From assembly GCA_024276935.1 (NCBI GenBank), contig JAJRWH010000043.1, forward strand, positions 5,416 to 69,415: a DNA stretch of 64,000 bases, read 5' to 3'. The notes under the pieces were generated by a model. That model did no database searches. It was not told where the DNA came from and saw only the letters and a list, made by a program, of their open reading frames with translations. The translations under genes and the position numbers were made by a program. Shown one piece after another: positions 9,086 to 19,106 of the stretch. How positions within the stretch are numbered: position 1 is the stretch's first letter; every line of letters starts with the position of its first letter. Source of the stretch: Deltaproteobacteria bacterium. GTDB lineage: Bacteria; Desulfobacterota; Desulfuromonadia; Desulfuromonadales; Geopsychrobacteraceae.

Positions 9086-10395
9086 TGGATATTGTCGCCC
9101 GAATCCGTGAAATCAATCCACTGAAAGTCAGCGGTAAAGTCACCCAGATTGTCGGGCTGGTCGTTGAAGGTTTTTGTCCCGCATCAACCGTGGGGACTTT
9201 GTGTGAGCTGATTCCTCTTGGTGGCGGGGCGAAGATTCCTGCCGAAGTCGTCGGGTTTCGGGATTCAAAAGCCTTGTTGATGCCTTTGGGCGATCTGCGC
9301 GGGTTGGGGCCCGGCAGTTTGATCAGGGTGGTGCGTGACAGTGCGACCCTGCCGGTTGGAGATGAACTGCTGGGTCGGGTGATTGATGCTTTGGGAGAAC
9401 CGCTCGATAATCGGCCTCTGGCAAAGTTTAATCAGGAGTTTCCCCTCTATGCCCAGCCTGCTAGCCCGATGGATCGTGACCAGATCGTGCGAGCTCTCGA
9501 CTTGGGGGTGCGATCAATTAACGGACTTCTCACCTGCGGGCAGGGGCAGAGAATGGGGATCATGGCCGGTTCCGGGGTGGGTAAAAGTGTCCTGTTGGGG
9601 ATGATGGCCAAACATACCCGAGCCGATGTCAATGTGATTGCGCTGATCGGTGAACGTGGTCGCGAGGTTCGCGAATTTATTGAACGTGATCTTGGTGAAG
9701 AGGGCCTGGCACGGTCGGTGGTGGTCACAGCGACCTCGGATCAATCACCCCTGTTGCGGATGCGCGGTGCTTTTGTCGCGACGACGATTGCCGAATATTT
9801 TTGTGCCCAGGGCAAAAATGTATTGCTGCTGATGGATTCAGTCACCCGTTTTGCCATGGCGATGCGCGAAGTGGGATTGGCCATTGGCGAACCTCCGACA
9901 ACCAAAGGCTATACCCCCAGTGTTTTTGCCACCTTGCCCAAGCTCCTGGAGCGAGCCGGGTCGTTCAGTGGTAAAGGGAGTATTACCGGACTCTACACAG
10001 TGCTGGTTGAAGGGGATGACATGAATGAACCGGTCGCCGATTCGGTGCGCTCAATTCTTGACGGTCATATTGTTCTGTCGCGAGATCTGGCGGCACGTAA
10101 TCATTATCCCTCCATTGATATTCTCAACTCGGCCAGTCGGGTCATGCGCGATATTGTCAGCGCCGAGCATCAGCAGATGGCCGGCCAGATCCGCGAAATC
10201 CTTGCCACTTACAGAGAAGCGGAAGATCTGATCAATATCGGGGCCTATGCCGCCGGGAGCAATGCGCGGATTGACTATGCCATTTCACGAATTGAAGTGA
10301 TTATCGATTTTTTACGTCAGGGGATGGACGAAGCCTTTGACCTGGAGGAAACCCTTGCCGAGATGGAGTTACTTGTTCAGGACCGGCGAGGATAA
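9085..10395 (+). CDS. fliI: Flagellum-specific ATP synthase FliI
   Basis: 436 aa. Walker [14 protein letters not shown] and Walker B region [18 protein letters not shown]. Confidence 0.97.
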   Translation: MDIVARIREINPLKVSGKVTQIVGLVVEGFCPASTVGTLCELIPLGGGAKIPAEVVGFRDSKALLMPLGDLRGLGPGSLIRVVRDSATLPVGDELLGRVIDALGEPLDNRPLAKFNQEFPLYAQPASPMDRDQIVRALDLGVRSINGLLTCGQGQRMGIMAGSGVGKSVLLGMMAKHTRADVNVIALIGERGREVREFIERDLGEEGLARSVVVTATSDQSPLLRMRGAFVATTIAEYFCAQGKNVLLLMDSVTRFAMAMREVGLAIGEPPTTKGYTPSVFATLPKLLERAGSFSGKGSITGLYTVLVEGDDMNEPVADSVRSILDGHIVLSRDLAARNHYPSIDILNSASRVMRDIVSAEHQQMAGQIREILATYREAEDLINIGAYAAGSNARIDYAISRIEVIIDFLRQGMDEAFDLEETLAEMELLVQDRRG

Positions 10396-10439
10396 GACTG
10401 TGGTTGATGTCTGCCCGAGGCGTGAGGCGGTAAAAAACG

Positions 10440-10880
10440 ATGGCTGAAAAATTTAAACTGCAGACCGTTCTCAAGTATCGAAAAATTCTGGAAGATCAGG
10501 CCCAGCAACGGCTCTCTGAGCTTCTGGCCGCTGAGGTTCGTCTGCAACAGCAGATCGATGAAACCAGGGCGCGTCTGGGACAGCTTGGGGCTCAGTTGCA
10601 ACAGAAACAACAAGCCGGATTGACGATTCTTGAACTGCGTCTCTATGAAGACCAGATCGATCATTATCGTCAACAAAATGAGCATCTCCAGATACAACAG
10701 AAAGAATTGACCCAGCAATTGAATGAGCGGCGTCAGGAACTGTTGATTGCGGCTCGCGAACGTAAAATCATTGAAAAACTCAAAGAGAAACAACTGGCGG
10801 AATATCTGCGCAAAATGGACAGCAGAGAAAGGGTGATGCTCGATGAAATCAGCCTGCGCCAGAAGGGAGGTCAGCGATGA
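10440..10880 (+). CDS. fliJ: Flagellar export chaperone FliJ
   Basis: 146-aa all-coiled-coil protein directly after fliI. KFKLQTVLKYRKILEDQAQQRL. Confidence 0.8.
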   Translation: MAEKFKLQTVLKYRKILEDQAQQRLSELLAAEVRLQQQIDETRARLGQLGAQLQQKQQAGLTILELRLYEDQIDHYRQQNEHLQIQQKELTQQLNERRQELLIAARERKIIEKLKEKQLAEYLRKMDSRERVMLDEISLRQKGGQR

Positions 10881-11374
10881 AAATCTTGCCACTGATCCTG
10901 CTCATCCTGTTGTGTGGTGCTTCGGTCGAAGCGGCTGTTCCAAAAGAAAAGGCTCCGACTTCGGTTGAAGAACGACGCATTCGGTCGGCAATTGAAGAAC
11001 AGTACAACCAGATCCAAAAAGAGGGCGATCAGCTCAAGGTTGAAAAAATGCAGCTAAAGACTCTGCAACAGGAGGTCGATAAGAAGCTTGTTCGGATGCA
11101 GAACCTGCGGCAGGAACTGACGAAGCTGCTCAATCGCAAGCAGGCTGCTGAAGGTAAGAGGGTTACCGAACTGAGCAAGATATACGAAAAAATGAGTGCC
11201 AGAAAATCAGCAGAGCTGATTAAGAATCTGGACCCGAAACTGGCAATTGAATTGTTGGCGGCCATGAACAAAAAGAATGCCGGCAAGATTCTCGATAATC
11301 TTGATCAAAAAACAGCAACAAGGTTGAGCACCGGTTTTACGGAATTTCCGGTAGATCAATCGCCCAGTTATTGA
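10877..11374 (+). CDS. MotE-like / MgtE-N-like periplasmic flagellar protein
   Basis: 165 aa. Signal peptide MKILPLILLILLCGASVEA, a coiled coil, then SARKSAELIKNLDPKLAIELLAAMNKKNAGKILDNLDQKTATRL (MgtE-N-type repeat). ATGA overlap with fliJ. Confidence 0.6.
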   Translation: MKILPLILLILLCGASVEAAVPKEKAPTSVEERRIRSAIEEQYNQIQKEGDQLKVEKMQLKTLQQEVDKKLVRMQNLRQELTKLLNRKQAAEGKRVTELSKIYEKMSARKSAELIKNLDPKLAIELLAAMNKKNAGKILDNLDQKTATRLSTGFTEFPVDQSPSY

Positions 11375-11414
11375 CCGGATGAAAAGTACAAATATCGAGA
11401 GGCGGTGAAGTGAT

Positions 11415-12983
11415 ATGCAAGGAATGATGATTCAGAATTTTCAGCCAGTGTCAGAAACAAAGGGAGGGGCTGCTCCAACAGGATCAAAAGACCTTTCAGA
11501 CCAGCCATTCGGCAACGTCCTGACAAAAGAGGTGGATAAAACCGGCACGGTTGATGATCGCTCGCAGGTTGCCACAAGAGGCAGGACAAAGACCAGGAAA
11601 GAAGAAAAACCGGTCGTCAGCAATGAAGAGAAATCTGGCGACCAGGCTGAAGAAACGAAATCCGAATCCGATGCAGAGACTGTTGCTGCCCCATTTTTTA
11701 TGGCGTCACTTCTTGATCAGAGTGCAACCTTTGTCAATCCTTCCGAAAATAGTGAACGGGTTGCCGCTGCAGAAGAAGTTCAGAACCAGATTGGTCAGTG
11801 GTTGCAAAATTTACAGGCTGATCAGCCAACGGTCACACCTTTGGGTTCCGGAGAAGAAGATTCAGCTGATGTTGAGGATGTCTTGACGGCGGCGTTGGCC
11901 ATATTTGATCAACTGACCGCGACCAAACCCGAAGACAAGTCCGAGGTTGAGCCGGTCCAGACTGATTTGAGTGTCGATGAGATTACCGAACTGAAACAAT
12001 TGATGGCAGTCATGATGCAGACCGGAAAAGTCCCTGAGACCTTGCAGGATCAACCTCTGGCGACCGAACTGCAGCAACAGCTCAACAAGGTTCAGGACCT
12101 GGTTGCGGCAACAGCCCCCTCAGGGTTTAAACGTCACACAACGCAGTCTTCTGCAGTCACGCCATCGGTCTTGCAAGCTCCGGCAGCAGCAGAGTCTCTG
12201 GTAACAGAGCCTGTCGATGGCGAGTCTGGTGAGAGTCTGCAAGAAGGGCAGATCGCCAAAATTCTAAATCCACGGACAGAACAACCGTCTTTGCATGAAC
12301 AGAAAGGGACTAAACCAGGGGCAGAGCCCGTACCTTCTGTGGCCGTTCCAGGTGTTGAAGCTGAGGTGCAGGATGCCCCTGAAAAAAATCTGAAGTCAGA
12401 AGTCGCCAAGTTGAATGTTCAGGCTACGACCAATAATCACCAGCAGCCTCAACAAGCGGTCCAGGCTGTGCAGACCCATCATTCACGTGACGCTCTGGTT
12501 GAGGCGTCTGCGCCCAAAATGATGCAGCTGCCGTCCGGGCAACAGTTGGCCGAAAGCCAGCTTGTTGATCAGGTGGTGACACATCTGGCGGGCAGTGTTG
12601 ATGGTGAATCGGGACGAATGCGTCTGCGTTTACACCCCGCAGAACTGGGTTCATTGCGCCTCGATCTGATGGTTGAGGGTGATCGGGTTCGTGCTCATCT
12701 TCAGGCCCAGACTCACCAGGTTCAGCAGGTTCTTGATCGCTATCTGCCGCAGTTGCGAGATGCTCTTCAACAGCAGGGACTGAAGATTGACGAGTTTCGG
12801 GTTGATGTGCAGTCCCAGGCCGACCAGGGCCAACCCGGACAGGAATCTTCTGCCTGGCAGCAGCCTCAACATCAGAATTCGTCCCAGCCCCCCTGGCAGG
12901 CTGATGAGTGGCAGCAGGGTCTGGAAATCCCCCTTGAACAATTACTGGAACAGGCGAGCGGTGGTATCAGCCTGCGGGTTTAA
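11415..12983 (+). CDS. fliK: Flagellar hook-length control protein FliK
   Basis: 522 aa. Acidic, Gln/Pro-rich and disordered-looking N-terminal two thirds. C-terminal Flg_hook-type domain RMRLRLHPAELGSLRLDLMVEGDRVRAHLQAQ. Located upstream of flgD-flgE. Confidence 0.85.
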   Translation: MQGMMIQNFQPVSETKGGAAPTGSKDLSDQPFGNVLTKEVDKTGTVDDRSQVATRGRTKTRKEEKPVVSNEEKSGDQAEETKSESDAETVAAPFFMASLLDQSATFVNPSENSERVAAAEEVQNQIGQWLQNLQADQPTVTPLGSGEEDSADVEDVLTAALAIFDQLTATKPEDKSEVEPVQTDLSVDEITELKQLMAVMMQTGKVPETLQDQPLATELQQQLNKVQDLVAATAPSGFKRHTTQSSAVTPSVLQAPAAAESLVTEPVDGESGESLQEGQIAKILNPRTEQPSLHEQKGTKPGAEPVPSVAVPGVEAEVQDAPEKNLKSEVAKLNVQATTNNHQQPQQAVQAVQTHHSRDALVEASAPKMMQLPSGQQLAESQLVDQVVTHLAGSVDGESGRMRLRLHPAELGSLRLDLMVEGDRVRAHLQAQTHQVQQVLDRYLPQLRDALQQQGLKIDEFRVDVQSQADQGQPGQESSAWQQPQHQNSSQPPWQADEWQQGLEIPLEQLLEQASGGISLRV

Positions 12984-13025
12984 CTGAGGTGCTGGCTATT
13001 GTTGTCGTCAGGCAAGGAGAAAGTC

Positions 13026-13688
13026 ATGTCAACAGTTAGTGGTGTTACGGATACAAGCAGTCTTTTTCAGACGGCAGAGACCAAAGAAACCTCTATGGGC
13101 AAGGATGATTTTTTAACCTTGCTGGTCGCCCAGCTGGAAAATCAGGATCCGCTCAACCCGGCAGATGCAACGGAATTTACTTCCCAGCTTGCTCAGTTCA
13201 GTCAACTTGAACAATTAAGCAACATGAACACCAAGCTTGAATCTTTCGCAGGAATGGCTGATCAGGTAGAGCGGCAGTCGGCGTTGGGATTAATGGGGGA
13301 AGAGGTTGTTGTGCAGACCAGCCAGTTTGAGACAGATGGTGGTCCGCAGACCCTCGGTTATCGTATAGAGGTTCCCGCTGACAAGGTGAACCTTTATGTG
13401 CTCGATAGTCAGGGCAACAATGTTGCGACCCTGACAGGAAGCGGAACCTCGCCCGGCGAATATTTTGTCGATTGGGATGGAAACAGTGATGCGGGGCAAC
13501 CCGCAGGTCCCGGGACATATACCCTGGTAGTGCGGGCCCTGGATGAAGATGAAAAAGTTCTCGCAAGTACCAGTCTGGTTCGTGGCACTGTCTCCGGGGT
13601 TGAACTGGGCGCTAATGACACCAGCCTGACAACAACGGCCGGCACATTCAGTATGGCCAAGGTTGAAAAGGTTGGGGCTGTTCACTAA
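13026..13688 (+). CDS. flgD: Flagellar hook capping/assembly protein FlgD
   Basis: KDDFLTLLVAQLENQDPLNPADATEFTSQLAQFSQLEQL. ATG at 13026 is preceded by AAGGAG. The track ORF starts at TTG 12999. Confidence 0.93.
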   Translation: MSTVSGVTDTSSLFQTAETKETSMGKDDFLTLLVAQLENQDPLNPADATEFTSQLAQFSQLEQLSNMNTKLESFAGMADQVERQSALGLMGEEVVVQTSQFETDGGPQTLGYRIEVPADKVNLYVLDSQGNNVATLTGSGTSPGEYFVDWDGNSDAGQPAGPGTYTLVVRALDEDEKVLASTSLVRGTVSGVELGANDTSLTTTAGTFSMAKVEKVGAVH

Positions 13689-13813
13689 TTCAGAAATGCA
13701 ACCCGTTTATCAAGATTGACAGTGCAATTATAGTCTAGCCGAACCGGTCCTCATCGAGGAGGTTCGCGGGGTGCCGACCGACAGAGGCATCCCCAAGAAA
13801 GAAGGAGCAAGGC

Positions 13814-15088
13814 ATGGGAGTATCAAGTTCATTGTTCAGTGGTGTCAGCGGGCTCAACGCCAATGGCAATGCCATGAGTGTTATTGGGAACAATATTGCC
13901 AATGCCAACACTGTTGGTTTCAAATCGAGCCGAACCGTGTTTGGTGATCTGCTTTCCAGCCAGATTTCCGGATCGGGTGGAACCTCGCAGGTTGGCCGAG
14001 GTGTTGGGCTGTCGGTGGTTGACAATATTTTCAGTCAGGGGACATTTGAGACGACCGAACAGAATACCGACCTGGCCATCGAGGGTCCCGGCTTTTTTAT
14101 CGTCAGTGATCCGGCGACCGGTAATGCCAGTAACAATTACACCAGTGCGGGGGCTTTTCGTTTTGATGCCAACGGTTTTTTTGTAAATCCCGAAGGTTTC
14201 AACGTCATGGGGTACAATCTTGATACCAACGGCAATACGGTTGGTGACCTGGTGCCGATTCGCGCCAATACCCAGTCCTTTACCCAGTCAGGACCAACCG
14301 CCAACGTTACATTGAATACCAATCTCGATTCCGATTCGGTGGCAATACCTGCCGGTTTCGATCCTCTCAATCCGTCAACAACGTCGAACTATGCAACCTC
14401 GATTCGTCTGTTCGACAGTCTGGGCAGTACTCATCTGCTGACAACCTATTTCACCAAGACCGCTGACCAGACCTGGTCATGGAATGCGGTTGTTGATGCC
14501 GGAGAAGTCGGTGGGACGGCAGGAACACTACAAGTTGTTGGCAGCGGTGTTCTTAACTTTGATACCAGCGGTAACCTGGCGTCTTTGGTTCCGGACCCGG
14601 CGACCACGACTGCCAATGCACTGACCTGGAGCAACGGCTCGGTTCAGACCCAACAGATCACCTATGACATGCAGACGACCCAGTATGCCAGCCCATCAGT
14701 AGTTGTCAGTCAGCAACAGGATGGTTTTGGCACGGGGACTCTGGTCAAGCTGAATGTTGACGAATTTGGCAATATCATAGGCAATTTCAGTAATGGCCAA
14801 CCTCGGAAACTGATGAAGCTTGCCCTGGCCAAGTTTACCAATCCCGGCGCTTTGGAGAAAATTGGTAACAACATGTGGGCTGAAAGCTCGAAATCGGGTG
14901 TTTCAGTTATCGGAACTGTCGGTTCGGGGGTCGGAAATATTTTCACCAATGCGCTTGAACAGTCAAATGTTGATCTGGCACAAGAGTTCGTCAAAATGAT
15001 CATCACCCAGCGTGGTTTTTCCGCCAATTCAAAAACGATAACCACAACGGATGAAATGCTCGCTGAAGTCATAAATCTGAAGCGTTAA
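13814..15088 (+). CDS. flgE: Flagellar hook protein FlgE
   Basis: 424 aa. N-terminal SLFSGVSGLNANGNAMSVIGNNIANANTVGFK and C-terminal LEQSNVDLAQEFVKMIITQRGFSANSK. Confidence 0.95.
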   Translation: MGVSSSLFSGVSGLNANGNAMSVIGNNIANANTVGFKSSRTVFGDLLSSQISGSGGTSQVGRGVGLSVVDNIFSQGTFETTEQNTDLAIEGPGFFIVSDPATGNASNNYTSAGAFRFDANGFFVNPEGFNVMGYNLDTNGNTVGDLVPIRANTQSFTQSGPTANVTLNTNLDSDSVAIPAGFDPLNPSTTSNYATSIRLFDSLGSTHLLTTYFTKTADQTWSWNAVVDAGEVGGTAGTLQVVGSGVLNFDTSGNLASLVPDPATTTANALTWSNGSVQTQQITYDMQTTQYASPSVVVSQQQDGFGTGTLVKLNVDEFGNIIGNFSNGQPRKLMKLALAKFTNPGALEKIGNNMWAESSKSGVSVIGTVGSGVGNIFTNALEQSNVDLAQEFVKMIITQRGFSANSKTITTTDEMLAEVINLKR

Positions 15089-15119
15089 AATTGCAGTCAA
15101 AATCATGACAACTTTATGG

Positions 15120-15149
15120 GCCGCTCTGAAAAATGAGCGGCTTTTTTTT
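15120..15149 (+). terminator. Rho-independent terminator after flgE
   Basis: GCCGCTC (15120-15126) / GAGCGGC (15135-15141) stem with an 8-nt loop, followed by TTTTTTTT (15142-15149). Confidence 0.8.
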
Positions 15150-15152
15150 GTG

Positions 15153-15179
15153 CACGATAAATGTGGTGGGTTTATTGTG
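15153..15179. promoter_or_regulatory. Imperfect palindrome, possible enhancer-binding-protein site upstream of the motA sigma54 promoter
   Basis: CACGATAAA-N9-TTTATTGTG (8/9 complementary), centred about 70 bp upstream of the -24 element at 15235. Confidence 0.25.
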
Positions 15180-15234
15180 ATGCAACATACTGAAAATAAA
15201 GAAGAAAAATACATTTTATAAGTTTTTCATGAAG

Positions 15235-15249
15235 TGGCATATTCCTTGC
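15235..15249 (+). promoter_or_regulatory. Sigma54 (-24/-12) promoter upstream of motA
   Basis: TGGCATATTCCTTGC matches TGGCAC-N5-TTGC with exact GG/GC spacing. It lies in an AT-rich 190-bp intergenic region, about 90 nt upstream of the motA ATG. Confidence 0.65.
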
Positions 15250-15338
15250 CAATCGAGAAGGTACTGACAAGTCCGCAGCAGGATTACAAAGATTCTGATT
15301 CGCAGACAACCTGCTGATAACCGTAATGGGGATTGTTC

Positions 15339-16103
15339 ATGGATCTAGCAACACTACTTGGTCTGATCGGCTGTTTTGGCCTTTTGGTTGGTGCCATCCT
15401 TCAGGGCAGCTCGCTATTGATCTTTATCGATGTGCCCTCGACCCTGATTGTACTGGGCGGAACCTTTGGCGTGACCCTGGTGGCCTATCCTTTTGGAGAG
15501 GTTTTTGGGGCGGTTGGTGTCGCCCGCAAGGCCTTTTTCGTCAAAGAATTGCCCCCGGAGGAGACAATTGAAAAGCTGATCACCTATGCAGGCAAAGCTC
15601 GTAAAGAAGGGATTCTCAGTTTGCAGTCGGTAATGAACGAAATCGACGATGATTTCTTTCTCAAAGGGCTGCAGATGGCGGTCGATGGGCAGGAGCCGGA
15701 AGCTCTCAAGGAAATGCTCGAGATGGAGATCGAGTACATCATGGAGCGTCATGACAAAGGTGCCGAGATTTTCTCCTCGATCGGTGGTTATGCCCCGGCC
15801 ATGGGGATGATTGGTACCCTGATCGGTCTGGTCCAGATGCTCCAGACCATGAGTGACCCCTCTTCAATTGGACCGGCGATGGCGGTTGCCCTGCTGACCA
15901 CCTTTTATGGTGCTTTGCTGGCCAACATTATCTGTCTGCCGATTGCCGCCAAGCTTAAACTGCGTTCGCAGAGTGAGGTTCTGGTCAAAACCCTGATTAC
16001 TGAAGGGATGAAAGCCATTTTAGGTGGCGAAAACCCCCGCCTGATGGAACAGCGGTTACATGCCTTTGTGGCCCCCAAACTGCGGCAGAGTAACTTCGGA
16101 TAA
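15339..16103 (+). CDS. motA: Flagellar stator protein MotA
   Basis: N-terminus MDLATLLGLIG (ATG 15339; the track ORF starts at TTG 15333). GGYAPAMGMIGTLIGLVQML. Four predicted TM segments. Confidence 0.93.
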   Translation: MDLATLLGLIGCFGLLVGAILQGSSLLIFIDVPSTLIVLGGTFGVTLVAYPFGEVFGAVGVARKAFFVKELPPEETIEKLITYAGKARKEGILSLQSVMNEIDDDFFLKGLQMAVDGQEPEALKEMLEMEIEYIMERHDKGAEIFSSIGGYAPAMGMIGTLIGLVQMLQTMSDPSSIGPAMAVALLTTFYGALLANIICLPIAAKLKLRSQSEVLVKTLITEGMKAILGGENPRLMEQRLHAFVAPKLRQSNFG

Positions 16104-16115
16104 GAGAGGTAACAC

Positions 16116-16847
16116 GTGGCGAAGAAGGAGAAAAAAGCACCAGCCGGAGCGCCCATGTGGATGGTCACTTTCAGTGACATGGTGACCCTGCTGCTTACTT
16201 TCTTTGTATTACTGTTGTCGATGGCTTCAATGGATAAGGTGAAGTTCAGCCAGGCCAGTGATTCGCTGGCCGGTGCCTTTGGCGTTCTGGCCAGCAGCAG
16301 TTCGACCACAGTAACAGCACCACGGATAGTGACCTACGCCCCGGTGGATGATGATCTGATCTCACGGGTCTATCGGCGGCTGCGCTCAAAAATTCATGAA
16401 TTGAAAATCGAAAAAGATATCACCCTGGTTAAGGATCGTGGTGCCGTCATTTTACGGGTTGATGATTCGGTGCTTTTTAAATCAGGTCAACGGGTGGTCA
16501 GTCCCGAAGCTTATCCCATCCTGCGCAAGGTTGCCGAGCTGGTCAGGCCGTTGCCATTTAATATGAAAATTGAAGGACATACCGATAATCAGGGGGATGA
16601 AATGGCTAATTGGGATTTGTCAGTGACGCGTGCCGTTTCGGTGTTGCGTTATCTGGCCAGCAACAAGCTGCTGCCATTGAGTCGTCTGGCAGCAACCGGG
16701 TATGGCTCACAGAAGCCACTTTTTCCCAATGACAGTGAAGCAGAGCGTGCATTGAACCGTCGGGTCGAATTTGTCCTTGAAAGTCAGGGCGGTCCCAGCG
16801 ACGAACTTCCCTATTTGATTGATGCTACGGAGCAGGCACCCTTTTAG
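16116..16847 (+). CDS. motB: Flagellar stator protein MotB (OmpA-like C-terminal domain)
   Basis: GTG start. WMVTFSDMVTLLLTFFVLL (conserved Asp in the TM). OmpA-like IEGHTDNQGD..NWDLSVTRAVSVLRYL..NRRVEFVL. Confidence 0.93.
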   Translation: MAKKEKKAPAGAPMWMVTFSDMVTLLLTFFVLLLSMASMDKVKFSQASDSLAGAFGVLASSSSTTVTAPRIVTYAPVDDDLISRVYRRLRSKIHELKIEKDITLVKDRGAVILRVDDSVLFKSGQRVVSPEAYPILRKVAELVRPLPFNMKIEGHTDNQGDEMANWDLSVTRAVSVLRYLASNKLLPLSRLAATGYGSQKPLFPNDSEAERALNRRVEFVLESQGGPSDELPYLIDATEQAPF

Positions 16848-16876
16848 GATGTCCAGAGAACAACAAAGGATGAGAC

Positions 16877-17371
16877 ATGGCAAAAAAAGAAGCAGCAGCC
16901 CCCGCAGAGGAAGCAGGTGGCTCAAAAAAGAAATTGATCATTATTATCGTGGCGGTTGTTCTGCTGGCCGCTATTGGTGGTGGAGCCGCTTTTTTCATGT
17001 TGGGTGGCAAAGAAGAAAAGCCCGACCCTGAGGCAGAAGCCGCCGCCATGGCCAAGCAGGCTAAAGCGGTTGGGCCAATGGTCAATATCGATACTTTTAT
17101 TGTCAATATTCTTGACGATGAAGAGAGTCGTTATCTGAAAGCGGCCATCACAATCGAGGTTGATGTTCCGGCTGCCGCCGATGAAATCAACAGCCGATTG
17201 CCCCAGATAAAGGACGCAATTCTGCTGTTGATCGGAAACAAAACCTTCAGTGAGCTCAGTGATATGCAGGGCAAGATGCAACTTCGTGCCGAGTTGATCA
17301 ATCGTCTGAACGAGATTCTCAGCAAGGGAAAAGTCAAACGGATTTATTTTACCGATTTTGTTGTTCAGTAG
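16877..17371 (+). CDS. fliL: Flagellar basal body-associated protein FliL
   Basis: 164 aa. Single TM (LIIIIVAVVLLAAIGGGAAFF), FIVNILDDEESRYLKAAITIEV, C-terminal IYFTDFVVQ. Confidence 0.9.
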   Translation: MAKKEAAAPAEEAGGSKKKLIIIIVAVVLLAAIGGGAAFFMLGGKEEKPDPEAEAAAMAKQAKAVGPMVNIDTFIVNILDDEESRYLKAAITIEVDVPAAADEINSRLPQIKDAILLLIGNKTFSELSDMQGKMQLRAELINRLNEILSKGKVKRIYFTDFVVQ

Positions 17372-17380
17372 AGAGCGCCT

Positions 17381-18364
17381 GTGGAACGGATACTCAGTAA
17401 AGAAGAAATTGCCGATCTGCTTTCGGCAGTCAGGCACGGTGAAGTTGAGATCGAAGCCTCGTTGGATGAGACTCCCGGCGCGGCAGATGTCAGTCGGGTT
17501 GATCTGTTCCGTTCGCAGGGCCCTGAAAATTGGAAACTACCCAATTTTGATCTGGTGCTCGAAGCCTTTGCCCGGAACTATGCAGTTTCTCTTGCCAATC
17601 GCTTGCAACGCTCTGCAACGGTTAAATTGGCCGGGTTCGAGTCGATGTATTTTGATTCGCTGCTGCAAAAGCTAACGGGACGAGGTGCCATTGGTATCGT
17701 CGAACTCGACCCTTTGCGTGGCAGTGGCATGGTGATTTTTGATGAGACGATTTCCTACGCGTTGGTAGAACTGGTGCTCGGTGGTTCCTCCGAGGCAAAA
17801 ACTATCCCTGAACGGGCCATGACCGCGATTGAACTGAATGTTATCCGCGACGTCATTGCCGACAGTTGTCCCGATCTTAATAAAAGCTTTATTCAGTTGC
17901 AGGAGATATCAGCCCAGCTGGTCAAGGTTGAAAGTAATCTGAGACTGCTCAGTCATATTGCAACCGACGCCGGAGTCCTGGTGGCCCATTATCAGGTGAC
18001 GCTTGATTCCACCGAGGGAGAGATCACCCTAGTGCTGTCTCACTCTGCTCTGGAACCACTGGTTGAGAAACAGCGCGAAAGAGCAATGCCCATGTCGGCG
18101 GTACGGGCCAGCCAGTGGCATCAGTCGATCCTGGGTGAACTCGACATGATGGAGGTTGAGGTCGAAGCCCAGCTGGCCCAGATCACTCTGCGAGTTCGCG
18201 ATATTCTCAATTTTCAGGTCGGCGATGTGATTGACCTGAACTGTGGCCCCGATAGTCCATTTAAACTGCTGGTTGAAGGGCGTCCCAAGTTCAAGGGGAT
18301 TGCCGGAGTCCAGGCACGTAAAAAAGCCATACTTGTAACCGGGTCGATTCCCGATGGAGGTTGA
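17381..18364 (+). CDS. fliM: Flagellar motor switch protein FliM
   Basis: 327 aa, GTG start. N-terminal LSKEEIADLL (CheY-P-binding-type motif) and a C-terminal SpoA-like segment. Located upstream of fliN. Confidence 0.93.
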   Translation: MERILSKEEIADLLSAVRHGEVEIEASLDETPGAADVSRVDLFRSQGPENWKLPNFDLVLEAFARNYAVSLANRLQRSATVKLAGFESMYFDSLLQKLTGRGAIGIVELDPLRGSGMVIFDETISYALVELVLGGSSEAKTIPERAMTAIELNVIRDVIADSCPDLNKSFIQLQEISAQLVKVESNLRLLSHIATDAGVLVAHYQVTLDSTEGEITLVLSHSALEPLVEKQRERAMPMSAVRASQWHQSILGELDMMEVEVEAQLAQITLRVRDILNFQVGDVIDLNCGPDSPFKLLVEGRPKFKGIAGVQARKKAILVTGSIPDGG

Positions 18365-18366
18365 AC

Positions 18367-18702
18367 ATGGTTGAAAATAATGACATTGCTGCTGAGGAAG
18401 CCCCTTCTTCGTCCCAACAGCTGGCTGCCCCTCACAATGAAAAAGGGGTCGATCTGTTACTGGATATTCCGTTGCAGGTTTCTGTTGAGGTCGGCAGAGC
18501 ACGGATTCTGGTTCGGGATCTGTTGCAGATGCAGGAAGGAACCTTGATTGAACTCGAAAAGCTTGCCGGAGAGCCCCTTGATCTGTATGTGAACTCGCGC
18601 CTGATAGCGCGAGGAGAGGCGGTGGTCGTCAACGAAAAGTTTGGTTTACGCCTGACCGATGTGGTTAGTCCCTCTGAGCGGATTGAGAATCTGGGGTCAT
18701 GA
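18367..18702 (+). CDS. fliN: Flagellar motor switch protein FliN
   Basis: SpoA domain LLLDIPLQVSVEVGRARILVRDLLQMQEGTLIELEKLAGEPLDLYVNSRLIARGEAVVVNEKFGLRLTDV. ATG 18367 follows GGAGG. Confidence 0.95.
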   Translation: MVENNDIAAEEAPSSSQQLAAPHNEKGVDLLLDIPLQVSVEVGRARILVRDLLQMQEGTLIELEKLAGEPLDLYVNSRLIARGEAVVVNEKFGLRLTDVVSPSERIENLGS

Positions 18703-19106
18703 AAAAAATTCTTTTATTCAATTGGTTGTTGCTTGTTCCCCAGCTGAGTCTTGCCGCAGGCAAAGCAGCCGGTTCTGAAAATATCTGGATTCCGATCCTT
18801 AAGATGTTTGGTGCTCTGGCCGTTGTTGTCGGTTTGTTGTTGCTGTTTTATGCCGCCAGCCGCAAGGGGTTCGGTTTTTTGCCTCGGACCCGTGATGGTC
18901 AGATTCAGATGATCGAGATCCGTTCACTGGGTGGTAAAAAATTTCTGTGTCTGGTTCAGGTGCGGGGCCAGGAGCTTCTGCTCGGAGTCAGCAATGAACG
19001 GATCGAATGTCTGACCGAGCTTCCGGCGGCAAAAAATAATTTTGCCAAGACCCTTGATCAGGTCGACAAGGTCGAAAAACTGAGTTTACGAAAGGTCGCT
19101 CGATGA
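18699..19106 (+). CDS. fliO: Flagellar biosynthesis protein FliO
   Basis: 135 aa. Signal/TM segment plus a second TM (MFGALAVVVGLLLLFYAA). Lies between fliN and fliP with ATGA overlaps on both sides. Confidence 0.75.
   Translation: MKKILLFNWLLLVPQLSLAAGKAAGSENIWIPILKMFGALAVVVGLLLLFYAASRKGFGFLPRTRDGQIQMIEIRSLGGKKFLCLVQVRGQELLLGVSNERIECLTELPAAKNNFAKTLDQVDKVEKLSLRKVAR

Noticed and set aside
13716-13734. TTGACA ... TATAGT in the flgD-flgE spacer
   Set aside because: Only 7 nt separate the two hexamers, so this cannot work as a sigma70 promoter.
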